From a virus, in the IMG/VR virus record IMGVR_UViG_3300045988_131228, positions 109,272-173,271 of that record: a stretch of DNA of 64,000 nucleotides; one strand, written 5' to 3'. A program made the translations under genes and the position numbers. How positions within the stretch are numbered: the stretch's first letter is position 1; each line of letters starts with the position of its first letter. The notes beneath the pieces are model-generated. The model worked only from the letters and a program-made list of their open reading frames with translations, made no database searches and was not told the origin of the DNA. This document shows, one piece after another, positions 28,325 through 36,810 of the stretch.

Positions 28325-28539
28325 ATTTGTCCCTAAAGTGCCGCGCAGCTTACCTCATGAGACTATGTTTTCCTTTCTTCTATCAATTGTTTCTTTCATG
28401 TGATATATTAAATCACTAATATTTATGCGGTTTCAGCGTCCCAAAACCACATGATATTATGTATTCTAGTTATGTTATCTCTTTCAGAAGTCAGTAAAAT
28501 CAAGGATTTTCAAAACTACGATGAAAGAAATATTTTATG

Positions 28540-28797
28540 TTACTTTTTGTCTTTATATCTTGTGTAAGCATCACTTACGATTTTATTAAAATATAAACGT
28601 TGTTCTATTTCTCTATAAATGCTTTGCGTAATATGATTCTCGGTTTTCTTTACCATATAATCTTCCACTGTTTTAAAATTATTCAACAATTTTTCTTTGT
28701 CTGATAATTTGTTATTCTGTTTCTTCTTTCTCTTCATGTTTAACCTATAGCATCTCCGCAACTTTCTTTGCAAAAATATCCTTGATATTCTTATCAA
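28540..28797 (-). CDS. basic hypothetical protein; probable start at internal ATG 28737
   Basis: ORF track; the listed start overlaps the upstream gene by 53 nt. Confidence 0.45.
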   Translation of the reverse strand: MIRISRIFLQRKLRRCYRLNMKRKKKQNNKLSDKEKLLNNFKTVEDYMVKKTENHITQSIYREIEQRLYFNKIVSDAYTRYKDKK

Positions 28798-29056
28798 TTA
28801 CATCACAAATAACTTTCTCTGTTGCTTCTTTTACATACGTTTCTAATGTTTTATCTTTAATTTTTCGATTTGGATTCCATTTATCCGCTGATACTAATGC
28901 TCCAATTCTTTTAGTTACAATCTTTTCAATTTCATCATCAAGATTCCCTACAATTACATCTTCAATGTACTTATCCATTGCAAGTTTAACTTTTTGATCA
29001 AGTTCTTCACTATCAACTTGCAGATTTAAAATTAATTTTGGTTCTGATTTCTTCAT
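28745..29056 (-). CDS. hypothetical phage protein (103 aa)
   Basis: ORF track. Confidence 0.55.
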   Translation of the reverse strand: MKKSEPKLILNLQVDSEELDQKVKLAMDKYIEDVIVGNLDDEIEKIVTKRIGALVSADKWNPNRKIKDKTLETYVKEATEKVICDVIDKNIKDIFAKKVAEML

Positions 29057-29070
29057 ATTTTAATCCTTTC

Positions 29071-29340
29071 TTATTCCTCAGTAATGCAAGTGTTTGTTAC
29101 TTTTTTATATACATCCTCATATAATTCTTGCTTATCACCGTTGTATGTATATTCAGCATAAATGCCATCACCAGAAACCGTAGTAGAAGCAAGACATTTA
29201 TAGTTTTGTAGAGTCTTACATGACCAAACAATAAATACATCATTCAAATCAACTTCATCTTCTGGATAATTTTCATAATACCATTCTACTAATTTCTTTA
29301 AACATACTTTCTGAAAGTGATTCATTCCTGTAATAATCAT
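29071..29340 (-). CDS. hypothetical phage protein (89 aa)
   Basis: ORF track. Confidence 0.55.
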   Translation of the reverse strand: MIITGMNHFQKVCLKKLVEWYYENYPEDEVDLNDVFIVWSCKTLQNYKCLASTTVSGDGIYAEYTYNGDKQELYEDVYKKVTNTCITEE

Positions 29341-29346
29341 AATTCT

Positions 29347-29778
29347 TTAATCCTCCACTGGTTCATATTTTTTAAATAATTCACCCATTGTTAAATGATT
29401 GAATTTTGCTATATCCATTGCACAAGCCACAACATTATGTGGTGTAGAAGCTCCAATAAATTCACATAGATACTCTGATAATAATTGATATTTAATATCT
29501 TTTGATATTTCTTCATTCCAAGGTTTTCTAATCCATCCAATCATTTTCTGATTATTGATTATTACTTCTCCTTTATAAAGTGAATATAATACACTACCGT
29601 TACTACTTCTCCACCAAGCATCTTCACCTGCGCATTTCACAAATTTTTCTTCTGACATATCTGAAATCATATCAAATATTTCATCATCCATTAACCAAAC
29701 TTCATATCTATTACTTTTGTATGTACATACTGTTCCATATTCTTTTGGATAATCCAGTACAAAAAAAGAATTGCTCAA
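29347..29778 (-). CDS. hypothetical protein; the listed TTG start has no SD, and the N-terminus may be encoded from ATG 29803 across a T7 run (+1 shift)
   Basis: ORF track plus own reading of 29761..29810; see finding. Confidence 0.5.
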   Translation of the reverse strand: MSNSFFVLDYPKEYGTVCTYKSNRYEVWLMDDEIFDMISDMSEEKFVKCAGEDAWWRSSNGSVLYSLYKGEVIINNQKMIGWIRKPWNEEISKDIKYQLLSEYLCEFIGASTPHNVVACAMDIAKFNHLTMGELFKKYEPVED

Positions 29779-29807
29779 GGTTATTACCTAAAATCTCTTT
29801 CATTTTC

Positions 29808-30161
29808 TCACCACCCTAAATACCGAAACCATTTTGCAAATAATGTCAATCCTTCTTGAATCTTATCATTCAGTTCATTGTATTTATCCATCCAATCGGA
29901 ATCCTTAAAATTTATAGACGCATATATCTCATAATCATTAGCAACTTGCTCGAATGACCAAATCATTTTATCCAATAGAGCATCCCATTTCTCAGGTGTA
30001 TTCGCTTCGCCATATCCAGGATAAGCAATGGTTAATTTCTTATACATCTTTAATCTTGGGAGAACATATTTTGCAATATTACAATCCAGATCCCATGTTT
30101 CTTTTGGATTGACATATAGTCCTTGCTTCTTTAACCGCTTTTTATGTACTCTTTTATTCAT
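29808..30161 (-). CDS. hypothetical phage protein (117 aa)
   Basis: ORF track. Confidence 0.55.
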   Translation of the reverse strand: MNKRVHKKRLKKQGLYVNPKETWDLDCNIAKYVLPRLKMYKKLTIAYPGYGEANTPEKWDALLDKMIWSFEQVANDYEIYASINFKDSDWMDKYNELNDKIQEGLTLFAKWFRYLGW

Positions 30162-30174
30162 AAAACATCACTCA

Positions 30175-30564
30175 TCATAATATTCCAATTAAAATCCACC
30201 ATGTAAAAATAATTTGAATAACGTGGATTATCTGATCTTGAATTAAATTAATTTTCTTTTCATTAGCTTTCAGATTGTCTACAAACATATGTATCATTAA
30301 ATTAACAATTAACAATACAGGTTTCCATATTCCACCAGTTACCATAAGAGCAATCGTTGGTGATAACATAATCATAAATGACCAACTAAAGCTATGCATA
30401 AACAACGCTACGAGGTAATCATATTTATATAATTTCTCTGGTGCGTTATTTTCCCACCATGTTTTTTTCTTTGCAGATGCTAACCATCCTTGCAAATAAT
30501 AATCATCTACAACATGACAGAAAATCATTGTAAATAAGATAAATATTTTATATGCAATATTCAT
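30175..30564 (-). CDS. integral membrane protein, DUF3307-like
   Basis: N-terminal HVVDDYYLQ motif and 3-4 hydrophobic helices. Confidence 0.5.
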   Translation of the reverse strand: MNIAYKIFILFTMIFCHVVDDYYLQGWLASAKKKTWWENNAPEKLYKYDYLVALFMHSFSWSFMIMLSPTIALMVTGGIWKPVLLIVNLMIHMFVDNLKANEKKINLIQDQIIHVIQIIFTWWILIGIL

Positions 30565-30573
30565 AAAACACCT

Positions 30574-31335
30574 CTAAAATCCTGTTTGTTTTCCAATAAA
30601 ATTAATTGGTTCATCTGTTACTTTATTTATTCCATGTCCAATTACTTCAAGATAATATTCTTCTTTGCTTTCATCTTGTCTAATAACGAATTGAACTGTT
30701 CCATAGAAATCTCTGATTATAGTTGCTGTAAAAGATTCTTTTAAATCACAATCGTAATCTGGATTATATTTCAACACTTCATCAAGTGATATAACAGATA
30801 CCAAACCTGCATCTGCACAAAATCTTCCGATAGGTTCTTTTGTATCTGAATTAAATGTAGTGCAACTCCAATCACCATATAACGTATCACATGTCATATA
30901 ATGATTTATTCCTAATTTCTCCATATCATATCCGTAACAACAGGTACTCCAATCATCTTTTTTATCTTCTCGTATGATATAACATGGATCAGTAATCAAA
31001 ATATCTCCATTAAAAATCATCGGATCACTATCTAAATATTCATGTAGAATCTTCTTTTTAGTGTACTGATTAAATAATTTTTCAACACCTGATGACCTTA
31101 TTAAATCTAAATAATGTTCACATTCTTCATAATCATATCCACGTTTTGCACATTTATTAAGAATTGCCATCCTCAATAAAGTATCTGGTGTGCTATGATA
31201 TTTCGACTCAAGGTCATACATAATACAATCAAAATCTTTGTCAGAAATTTTAAATTCTTCTTTTAAAAGTCTTACAATTTCTGGTTTTACACTCTTACAC
31301 TCTTTTATTCTCTCTGCGTACCATATTTTATCCAT
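30574..31335 (-). CDS. hypothetical phage protein (253 aa)
   Basis: ORF track. Confidence 0.6.
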   Translation of the reverse strand: MDKIWYAERIKECKSVKPEIVRLLKEEFKISDKDFDCIMYDLESKYHSTPDTLLRMAILNKCAKRGYDYEECEHYLDLIRSSGVEKLFNQYTKKKILHEYLDSDPMIFNGDILITDPCYIIREDKKDDWSTCCYGYDMEKLGINHYMTCDTLYGDWSCTTFNSDTKEPIGRFCADAGLVSVISLDEVLKYNPDYDCDLKESFTATIIRDFYGTVQFVIRQDESKEEYYLEVIGHGINKVTDEPINFIGKQTGF

Positions 31336-31368
31336 CTATTTACTCCATGAAATCGAGATTTTATCGGA

Positions 31369-31551
31369 TTAAACTACATCATCTACTTCCAGGTCTGTTG
31401 TTTCGATAGTAATTTTAATAGTTGACTTGTCTATTGCTTCACTGTTTGTTATTCTACTATACGATACAGTAACAAGATCTGATTCAGTATTAAATCTTTC
31501 AGCTACAACACTTACAATATCTTTCTCATTTAATTCGTAAATTGTTCTCAT
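31369..31551 (-). CDS. hypothetical small protein (60 aa)
   Basis: ORF track. Confidence 0.5.
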   Translation of the reverse strand: MRTIYELNEKDIVSVVAERFNTESDLVTVSYSRITNSEAIDKSTIKITIETTDLEVDDVV

Positions 31552-31832
31552 AAACTACAATCCTCCAATGCTTTAATTACTCTTTGTGTTTGTTTCTCTA
31601 ATTCAACTTCTGCTTTTGCCTTGATATATTCTTCTACTAAATCAACATTTACTTCAATATCTATTACATCATTTTCATACGGTTCACCAGTTAATTCTTC
31701 TCCATATGTAATTTCTTCAAATGGAATAACGTAATATTCACCTGTTTCACCATCTGTGCAGCTAAATGTCAATTCAGTGTTTTCATCATAACCGATTTCT
31801 TTTAATTTTCTTATAAGTTCTGCAACTCTCAT
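31548..31832 (-). CDS. acidic hypothetical protein (94 aa)
   Basis: ORF track. Confidence 0.55.
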   Translation of the reverse strand: MRVAELIRKLKEIGYDENTELTFSCTDGETGEYYVIPFEEITYGEELTGEPYENDVIDIEVNVDLVEEYIKAKAEVELEKQTQRVIKALEDCSL

Positions 31833-32128
31833 TCACCAATTCCTCTCTCTTTACATAATTTTCTCAATGATTCTTCTGTGTATAATCTCCCTGTATCTTG
31901 TAACCATGTTACAAATTCATTCTTATCTTGAAAACAATGAGAACATCCATGATATATGTAGTGATGCTCCCAAAAATCATCCAAATAGCTACAACTATAC
32001 ATTGGTTCTCTTACAAATTCTTTCTTACATTTTTCACATTTGTACCAGAATAATAAAGGTTTTATCTTCTTTACAGTAATAGAATCCATATGTATTTTTA
32101 TAAATCTTTCTTTTGGATCACGTTTCAT
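31829..32128 (-). CDS. Cys/His-rich hypothetical protein (99 aa)
   Basis: ORF track; CEKC..CSHC. Confidence 0.55.
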   Translation of the reverse strand: MKRDPKERFIKIHMDSITVKKIKPLLFWYKCEKCKKEFVREPMYSCSYLDDFWEHHYIYHGCSHCFQDKNEFVTWLQDTGRLYTEESLRKLCKERGIGE

Positions 32129-32430
32129 TTATCATCACCATCTTTCTTTATACCTATATTCGCTATTTTATAAATGAATTTTGTGAATATTTTATTACTC
32201 TTTCGTTTCTTATGTCTTTCTCGAAAAATGCCAAATGCGAAAAGAAAAAATGAAAATCCTCCCATAAGAATTAGACTTATAACATAATGCGCTCCTCCTT
32301 TAAAATAATTCTCATCATATGGTTTCCCTCTCATATCGCGTACACACACAAGCATCACCGATAATAATCCTATAAGTAACCATATGCCTACAATTATGAT
32401 GCACTTTTTGCCTTCAAACATTATTTTCAC
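32125..32430 (-). CDS. membrane protein (about 100 aa)
   Basis: ORF track; two hydrophobic helices. Confidence 0.55.
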   Translation of the reverse strand: MKIMFEGKKCIIIVGIWLLIGLLSVMLVCVRDMRGKPYDENYFKGGAHYVISLILMGGFSFFLFAFGIFRERHKKRKSNKIFTKFIYKIANIGIKKDGDDK

Positions 32431-32459
32431 ATCCTCTCTGAAACGTTTGTTTCATGTAT

Positions 32460-33077
32460 TTACATATCATCCAAACTATCTAAAAATTGTTTCATCCATA
32501 GATTCTTTTCTTCTACTCTCCTTAATTCTTCTTGCCAATTTTTATATGCTCTTTTCAATTTTTCATCTGCATAGTCTTTTAAATTATCAATGTATTTCCT
32601 AACCGTATCATCAGAAGTATCTAATTCTTTATTTATGTCTTCTTCACACCATTCATATAAAGATGTATTCAACGACATATCAATTTGTTCTAAACAAAAT
32701 TTCTTTAGATTTTCATGTTCTGGTGTTGGTGGAATCCATTTTTCAACTTCTTTTCGTACTTTTAAATACCTTTTATCTTCATCTTTATATTTTTCAAGTA
32801 TTTTTTCTGCCATGCCCTTATTATCATTATACTTAGATATTATATCTTCTTTTACCTCTTCAAGAGTCATGCTATATGCTTTTTCTCTTGACACTAAAGA
32901 ATCTTTGTATGCTTTTTCATAATAAGGATGTGGCTCAAAATGATTTGGTGTTGGAACATCTAAAGATTCATCTTTTAAGTCAACGGCAATTCCAAATGCT
33001 CTTGTACATAGTTTCAAAAACTCTTTACCAGATGTTATTTTCCCATCCTTAATATAAGACGTATATCCTGTTGGCAT
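32460..33077 (-). CDS. hypothetical phage protein (205 aa)
   Basis: ORF track. Confidence 0.6.
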   Translation of the reverse strand: MPTGYTSYIKDGKITSGKEFLKLCTRAFGIAVDLKDESLDVPTPNHFEPHPYYEKAYKDSLVSREKAYSMTLEEVKEDIISKYNDNKGMAEKILEKYKDEDKRYLKVRKEVEKWIPPTPEHENLKKFCLEQIDMSLNTSLYEWCEEDINKELDTSDDTVRKYIDNLKDYADEKLKRAYKNWQEELRRVEEKNLWMKQFLDSLDDM

Positions 33078-33469
33078 TATTTATCCTCACTTTCCAATTC
33101 TTTAATGCTAAACCAATCAATATTAAAATAACCTTGTACTCTATACATATAAACCACTACTGGATATTCATTCTCTTTTGGTTTATTTTGAATTTCGTAT
33201 TTATCAATCAATGGATTATTAATCTCATGTTCATCCGAGTACTTATCATTAGGATCTTCTAATACATATGGAACTTCAAACGTGTCCATCCAAGAACTCA
33301 CACTATCAAATAATGAGTCTTCTGTTTGGAATTGCTCACCGCCAAATATGGCATCTTCACCTTTCCATTGATACATTTCTTTTGCAAAGTTAAGATAATC
33401 TTCATAGTTAGTGCATAAACTCCACCATGTATTAGTGAATCTTTTAGATTTGTGTACTATTACTATCAC
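33077..33469 (-). CDS. hypothetical protein (130 aa by listed GTG)
   Basis: ORF track; the listed GTG is part of the SD GAGGTG, and ATA 6 nt downstream (33460) is a possible true start. Confidence 0.5.
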   Translation of the reverse strand: MIVIVHKSKRFTNTWWSLCTNYEDYLNFAKEMYQWKGEDAIFGGEQFQTEDSLFDSVSSWMDTFEVPYVLEDPNDKYSDEHEINNPLIDKYEIQNKPKENEYPVVVYMYRVQGYFNIDWFSIKELESEDK

Positions 33470-33520
33470 CTCTATTTAGTTGTATTTTATGGAATCTTGA
33501 GCAGAAATGCTCTTAGAAAA

Positions 33521-34105
33521 TTACATATTATCTAAAGCTTCAACAAATTCGCTACCACAATCACAAAATGTATAAATCATAGATTTCATAAGTCCCCAAG
33601 ACATTCCTGAGTGACCTTGATTCTTCATTACTTCAATACCTGCGACAATAGAATTATCCTTAACAGTTTTAATAATATCTAAACATTGACCTAACTCCAT
33701 TCCTTCGTACAGATCACCTAATCTAATAGGTACGCATCTATCCCATTCGTCCCATTTGTCTTGTGATAAAACTTTATGTCCTTCTTTAATCCAATATTTT
33801 GTTAGTTCTGGAATTTTCTTTTTATGTTCTTCTTCTCTTCTGATTAAATCTTGTCTCATTTTTTCTTGTTCATCTTTAAATTCTTTAAATGTTTTACCAA
33901 TACATTCAACATACGCTTCATCTACTGTCATATCAGATGTTAATTTGTGACCATTAAATTCTCCAAAATATTTTTTACCAGTAGATTCTGCCTTACTATG
34001 CAGTAATTTAACTGAATCTTTAATGGATAATCCACAATCAAAGTCAATTTTAATATAATCCATATATTCATTCCTCTCTTTCCACAGATGAAAGTTTACT
34101 TTCAT
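33521..34105 (-). CDS. hypothetical protein; probable start ATG 34063
   Basis: ORF track; SD GAGAGGA precedes the internal ATG (MDYIKIDF..). Confidence 0.55.
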   Translation of the reverse strand: MKVNFHLWKERNEYMDYIKIDFDCGLSIKDSVKLLHSKAESTGKKYFGEFNGHKLTSDMTVDEAYVECIGKTFKEFKDEQEKMRQDLIRREEEHKKKIPELTKYWIKEGHKVLSQDKWDEWDRCVPIRLGDLYEGMELGQCLDIIKTVKDNSIVAGIEVMKNQGHSGMSWGLMKSMIYTFCDCGSEFVEALDNM

Positions 34106-34109
34106 CTGT
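34084..34109. repeat. best copy of the TGAAA-N6-TTTCA junction element: 11-bp arms ACAGATGAAAG / CTTTCATCTGT, loop TTTA
   Basis: Read directly from line 34081. Confidence 0.8.
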
Positions 34110-34368
34110 TAATTTTTGGTTGCCCTGTAATTTCTCTCAAACAATCATTCCAACCTTTAACATTTCCATTAAATATTTCTCCACAATTTTTCTTACTAGG
34201 TAATTCTTTCAATGGACACCACTCTGGACGACTATTATTTTCTTCTACATTGCTACATATTTCTCTTTTATTGTAATAACAAGATATTGAACCATCCATA
34301 TCCAAAACACACAAATTACAGTCAAGACATTTTTCTGGTGTATCTATTACCAATACCGATTTTCGCAT
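34102..34368 (-). CDS. Cys-rich small protein (88 aa)
   Basis: ORF track; CLDCNLC..C..C..WCPL. Confidence 0.55.
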   Translation of the reverse strand: MRKSVLVIDTPEKCLDCNLCVLDMDGSISCYYNKREICSNVEENNSRPEWCPLKELPSKKNCGEIFNGNVKGWNDCLREITGQPKINR

Positions 34369-34607
34369 TTAAGCACCTCTTCTTTTAGTTCCTGCACTAC
34401 AATATTTGTATCAATCATGTTGCATGTGTTATTGATTTCAAGTCTTTCTCTAATTCGTTCCACAAACTTATCAATAATTCCATTTTTGATTTTTTCATCA
34501 TGATTTCGCATCCATCCACTACCTTGTAAGAAAGAAACGCAGATTTCATTATTCAGTTTCATTCGCTTCACCTTTCTACACATACCACGCCCAAATCGGA
34601 TTAACAT
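34347..34607 (-). CDS. hypothetical phage protein (86 aa)
   Basis: ORF track. Confidence 0.5.
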   Translation of the reverse strand: MLIRFGRGMCRKVKRMKLNNEICVSFLQGSGWMRNHDEKIKNGIIDKFVERIRERLEINNTCNMIDTNIVVQELKEEVLKCENRYW

Positions 34608-34851
34608 TCATTTTTGGTGCGTTGCATTTTTTCCTAATTCTTTTATGCTTTTTAGCATTTTTCTCGATATAGCCGCCTCGTATTTTAATTCCTCTTTTTA
34701 TATCCCTGTAGGCTTCCATTATTGGACTGTATGCCTGTTCAACAAGATATCCGCATCTTTCACACGATCCGTGGCGTTCAACTATTCCAAAATAGTACTC
34801 TGAGAAACTAATATATTCATAATCATTTGATCCGCAAATAGGACAGTTCAT
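34576..34851 (-). CDS. zinc-ribbon protein (91 aa)
   Basis: CPICGS..CERCG. Confidence 0.55.
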   Translation of the reverse strand: MNCPICGSNDYEYISFSEYYFGIVERHGSCERCGYLVEQAYSPIMEAYRDIKRGIKIRGGYIEKNAKKHKRIRKKCNAPKMNVNPIWAWYV

Positions 34852-35105
34852 TCAGCTCCACCACCTTTTACAATATCAATGGCTCTATCAATTGTATTTG
34901 CAATATTTTTGTAAGCACAGTCTTTATCGGCATCACCCGTATTTGCGATTGTTAAAAAGTATCTCATTTTTAATTCTTTTAACTGCTCTACAACCTTGTC
35001 TACATCAAAAGCTGTCGACTGTTCATCAATTACTGCACCTATTGCAAGATCTATATCTGAAATACCAAGTGAATCAATTGTTTTATCAGCATCTATTAAT
35101 CTCAT
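34848..35105 (-). CDS. hypothetical phage protein (85 aa)
   Basis: ORF track. Confidence 0.55.
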   Translation of the reverse strand: MRLIDADKTIDSLGISDIDLAIGAVIDEQSTAFDVDKVVEQLKELKMRYFLTIANTGDADKDCAYKNIANTIDRAIDIVKGGGAE

Positions 35106-35185
35106 TTTTTATTTCTCCCAATCAATATACATCCACTAAGTAACATCATAAACAACAATTCTACAATTACTGTAAATCCATCCAT

Positions 35186-35365
35186 TTATTCTTCTCCATA
35201 CATACAAATTTCACACATATATTTACATTTCCCACAATGAGAATCATACCATTTGTTAAATTCATCTGTTTTTATTTCATGTGTAATATTTGTTTTTAGC
35301 CAATATTCATCATACTTGAATCCGCATATATCATGCATGTCCATATTATATAAATTCTTATTCAT
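35186..35365 (-). CDS. Cys-rich small protein (59 aa)
   Basis: Own translation: MNKNLYNMDMHDICGFKYDEYWLKTNITHEIKTDEFNKWYDSHCGKCKYMCEICMYGEE. Confidence 0.45.
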   Translation of the reverse strand: MNKNLYNMDMHDICGFKYDEYWLKTNITHEIKTDEFNKWYDSHCGKCKYMCEICMYGEE

Positions 35366-35382
35366 ATTTTTACCTTATCTAA

Positions 35383-35601
35383 TTACCTTGTTTCTTCTAA
35401 ACCTAATTCTCTTTGCTTCTCTGCAATTCTTAATGGAATATATAATTTATGATACTCTTTCCTACATACATCACAATCACCATATCCATGTCCCCAACAC
35501 CAATCACAGAACTTATCAAATTGCTTCTTTAATGCATCAGAAGAATCTGTATTTGCAAATCCTTCCCAGATGATTTCTGTTACAAAACTTATGTCACTCA
35601 C
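35383..35601 (-). CDS. Cys-rich small protein (72 aa)
   Basis: ORF track; CDWCWGHGYGDCDVC. Confidence 0.5.
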   Translation of the reverse strand: MSDISFVTEIIWEGFANTDSSDALKKQFDKFCDWCWGHGYGDCDVCRKEYHKLYIPLRIAEKQRELGLEETR

Positions 35602-35628
35602 CCTTTCTTCACAAATGAAAGACGCATT

Positions 35629-35811
35629 TTATCCACGAAATATACCTATTCCATCGACACATTTACTACAATGATTGTTTGTACATGGTCTTAATCCTGC
35701 TTGATACAATAAACATTCGGAACATGCAGAAGGTACAAAGCCAATTCTTTCAGCTTTTGATCTCACTTCTTTCATTGTATTTCTATTTCTTGCCTTGACT
35801 GTTTCACTCAT
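35629..35811 (-). CDS. Cys-rich 60-aa peptide directly downstream of the radical SAM gene
   Basis: ORF track; basic N-terminal half, then ..SACSECLLYQAGLRPCTNNHCSKCVDG.. (5 Cys). Confidence 0.5.
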   Translation of the reverse strand: MSETVKARNRNTMKEVRSKAERIGFVPSACSECLLYQAGLRPCTNNHCSKCVDGIGIFRG

Positions 35812-35821
35812 ATTGTTCTTT

Positions 35822-36775
35822 TCAACTCTTAATCACTTTCATATTTTTATTCCAACTACCTGAAATCGTACCGTCTGGATGAATAATAAATTCTCTACAA
35901 ACATGATCATCTTCTATTTTCTCAACTTCACTTAACATTTTCATATTTGAATAACTAAAAGTAATTAATGTATCTTTGTATTTCCATATTTCATATACAT
36001 AGTAATCTTGAATTGTTTGTTCTACTAACTCAAAATGATTATATGCATATTCAAGAATCTCATTGTATAACTTCTCTTTATCGTCATATTTAATACCACT
36101 ATGATCGCTCAACTTCATAAGTTTTCTAAAAGATAAATCATCTGCAAACGAATATGCATCTATCATTTCTAATACATCTTCAATTGTATTTGCATCACAT
36201 AATACACATTGCAATCTCATTTTTGTTTCAACTAATTTGCCTTTAATACATTTTAAATCAAATAAGGAAGGCATATATGTATTAAAAATTTCATTATTTC
36301 TCTTATCAGAAATTGCATGACGACTAATATCTACAAAATCAAACAATCCATCAATTTTATCAAGATTATCTTCTAAATATTTACCATTTGTATTCATTGT
36401 AAGAAATTTAATATTATGATTTCTTAATACATCACATAATTTATCAAATTCCTTAAACAACAATGGCTCGCCACCTGTAACGGAAACTGAATATAAAATG
36501 CCAGCATTTTCCATCTCAGTTAACATTTCATCAACTTGTTTTACGAAATACTCTGCATTTTCGCAACGTTCAGCATTCTGCTCTACGCAGAAAAAACATT
36601 TTGCATTACACACATCAGTTAATTTTAGATGTAAATGCCATAGCCACTCGTTTCTTTCTACTAAAACTTTATTACCGAATAAATTTACTTCTATTTTATC
36701 ATCATAGGTTATTGGCAACTTTTCAACATTACACTTATGAATATAATCTTTTATATCTTTAATTTGCACAAACAT
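35822..36775 (-). CDS. radical SAM enzyme (MoaA/PqqE-like core, no SPASM Cys cluster seen)
   Basis: CxxxCxxC (CNAKCFFC) and GGEPLL (VTGGEPLLF) motifs; 317 aa. Confidence 0.8.
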   Translation of the reverse strand: MFVQIKDIKDYIHKCNVEKLPITYDDKIEVNLFGNKVLVERNEWLWHLHLKLTDVCNAKCFFCVEQNAERCENAEYFVKQVDEMLTEMENAGILYSVSVTGGEPLLFKEFDKLCDVLRNHNIKFLTMNTNGKYLEDNLDKIDGLFDFVDISRHAISDKRNNEIFNTYMPSLFDLKCIKGKLVETKMRLQCVLCDANTIEDVLEMIDAYSFADDLSFRKLMKLSDHSGIKYDDKEKLYNEILEYAYNHFELVEQTIQDYYVYEIWKYKDTLITFSYSNMKMLSEVEKIEDDHVCREFIIHPDGTISGSWNKNMKVIKS

Positions 36776-36810
36776 AAATATCTCTCCAATTCTTTCAATA
36801 AAAACACATT

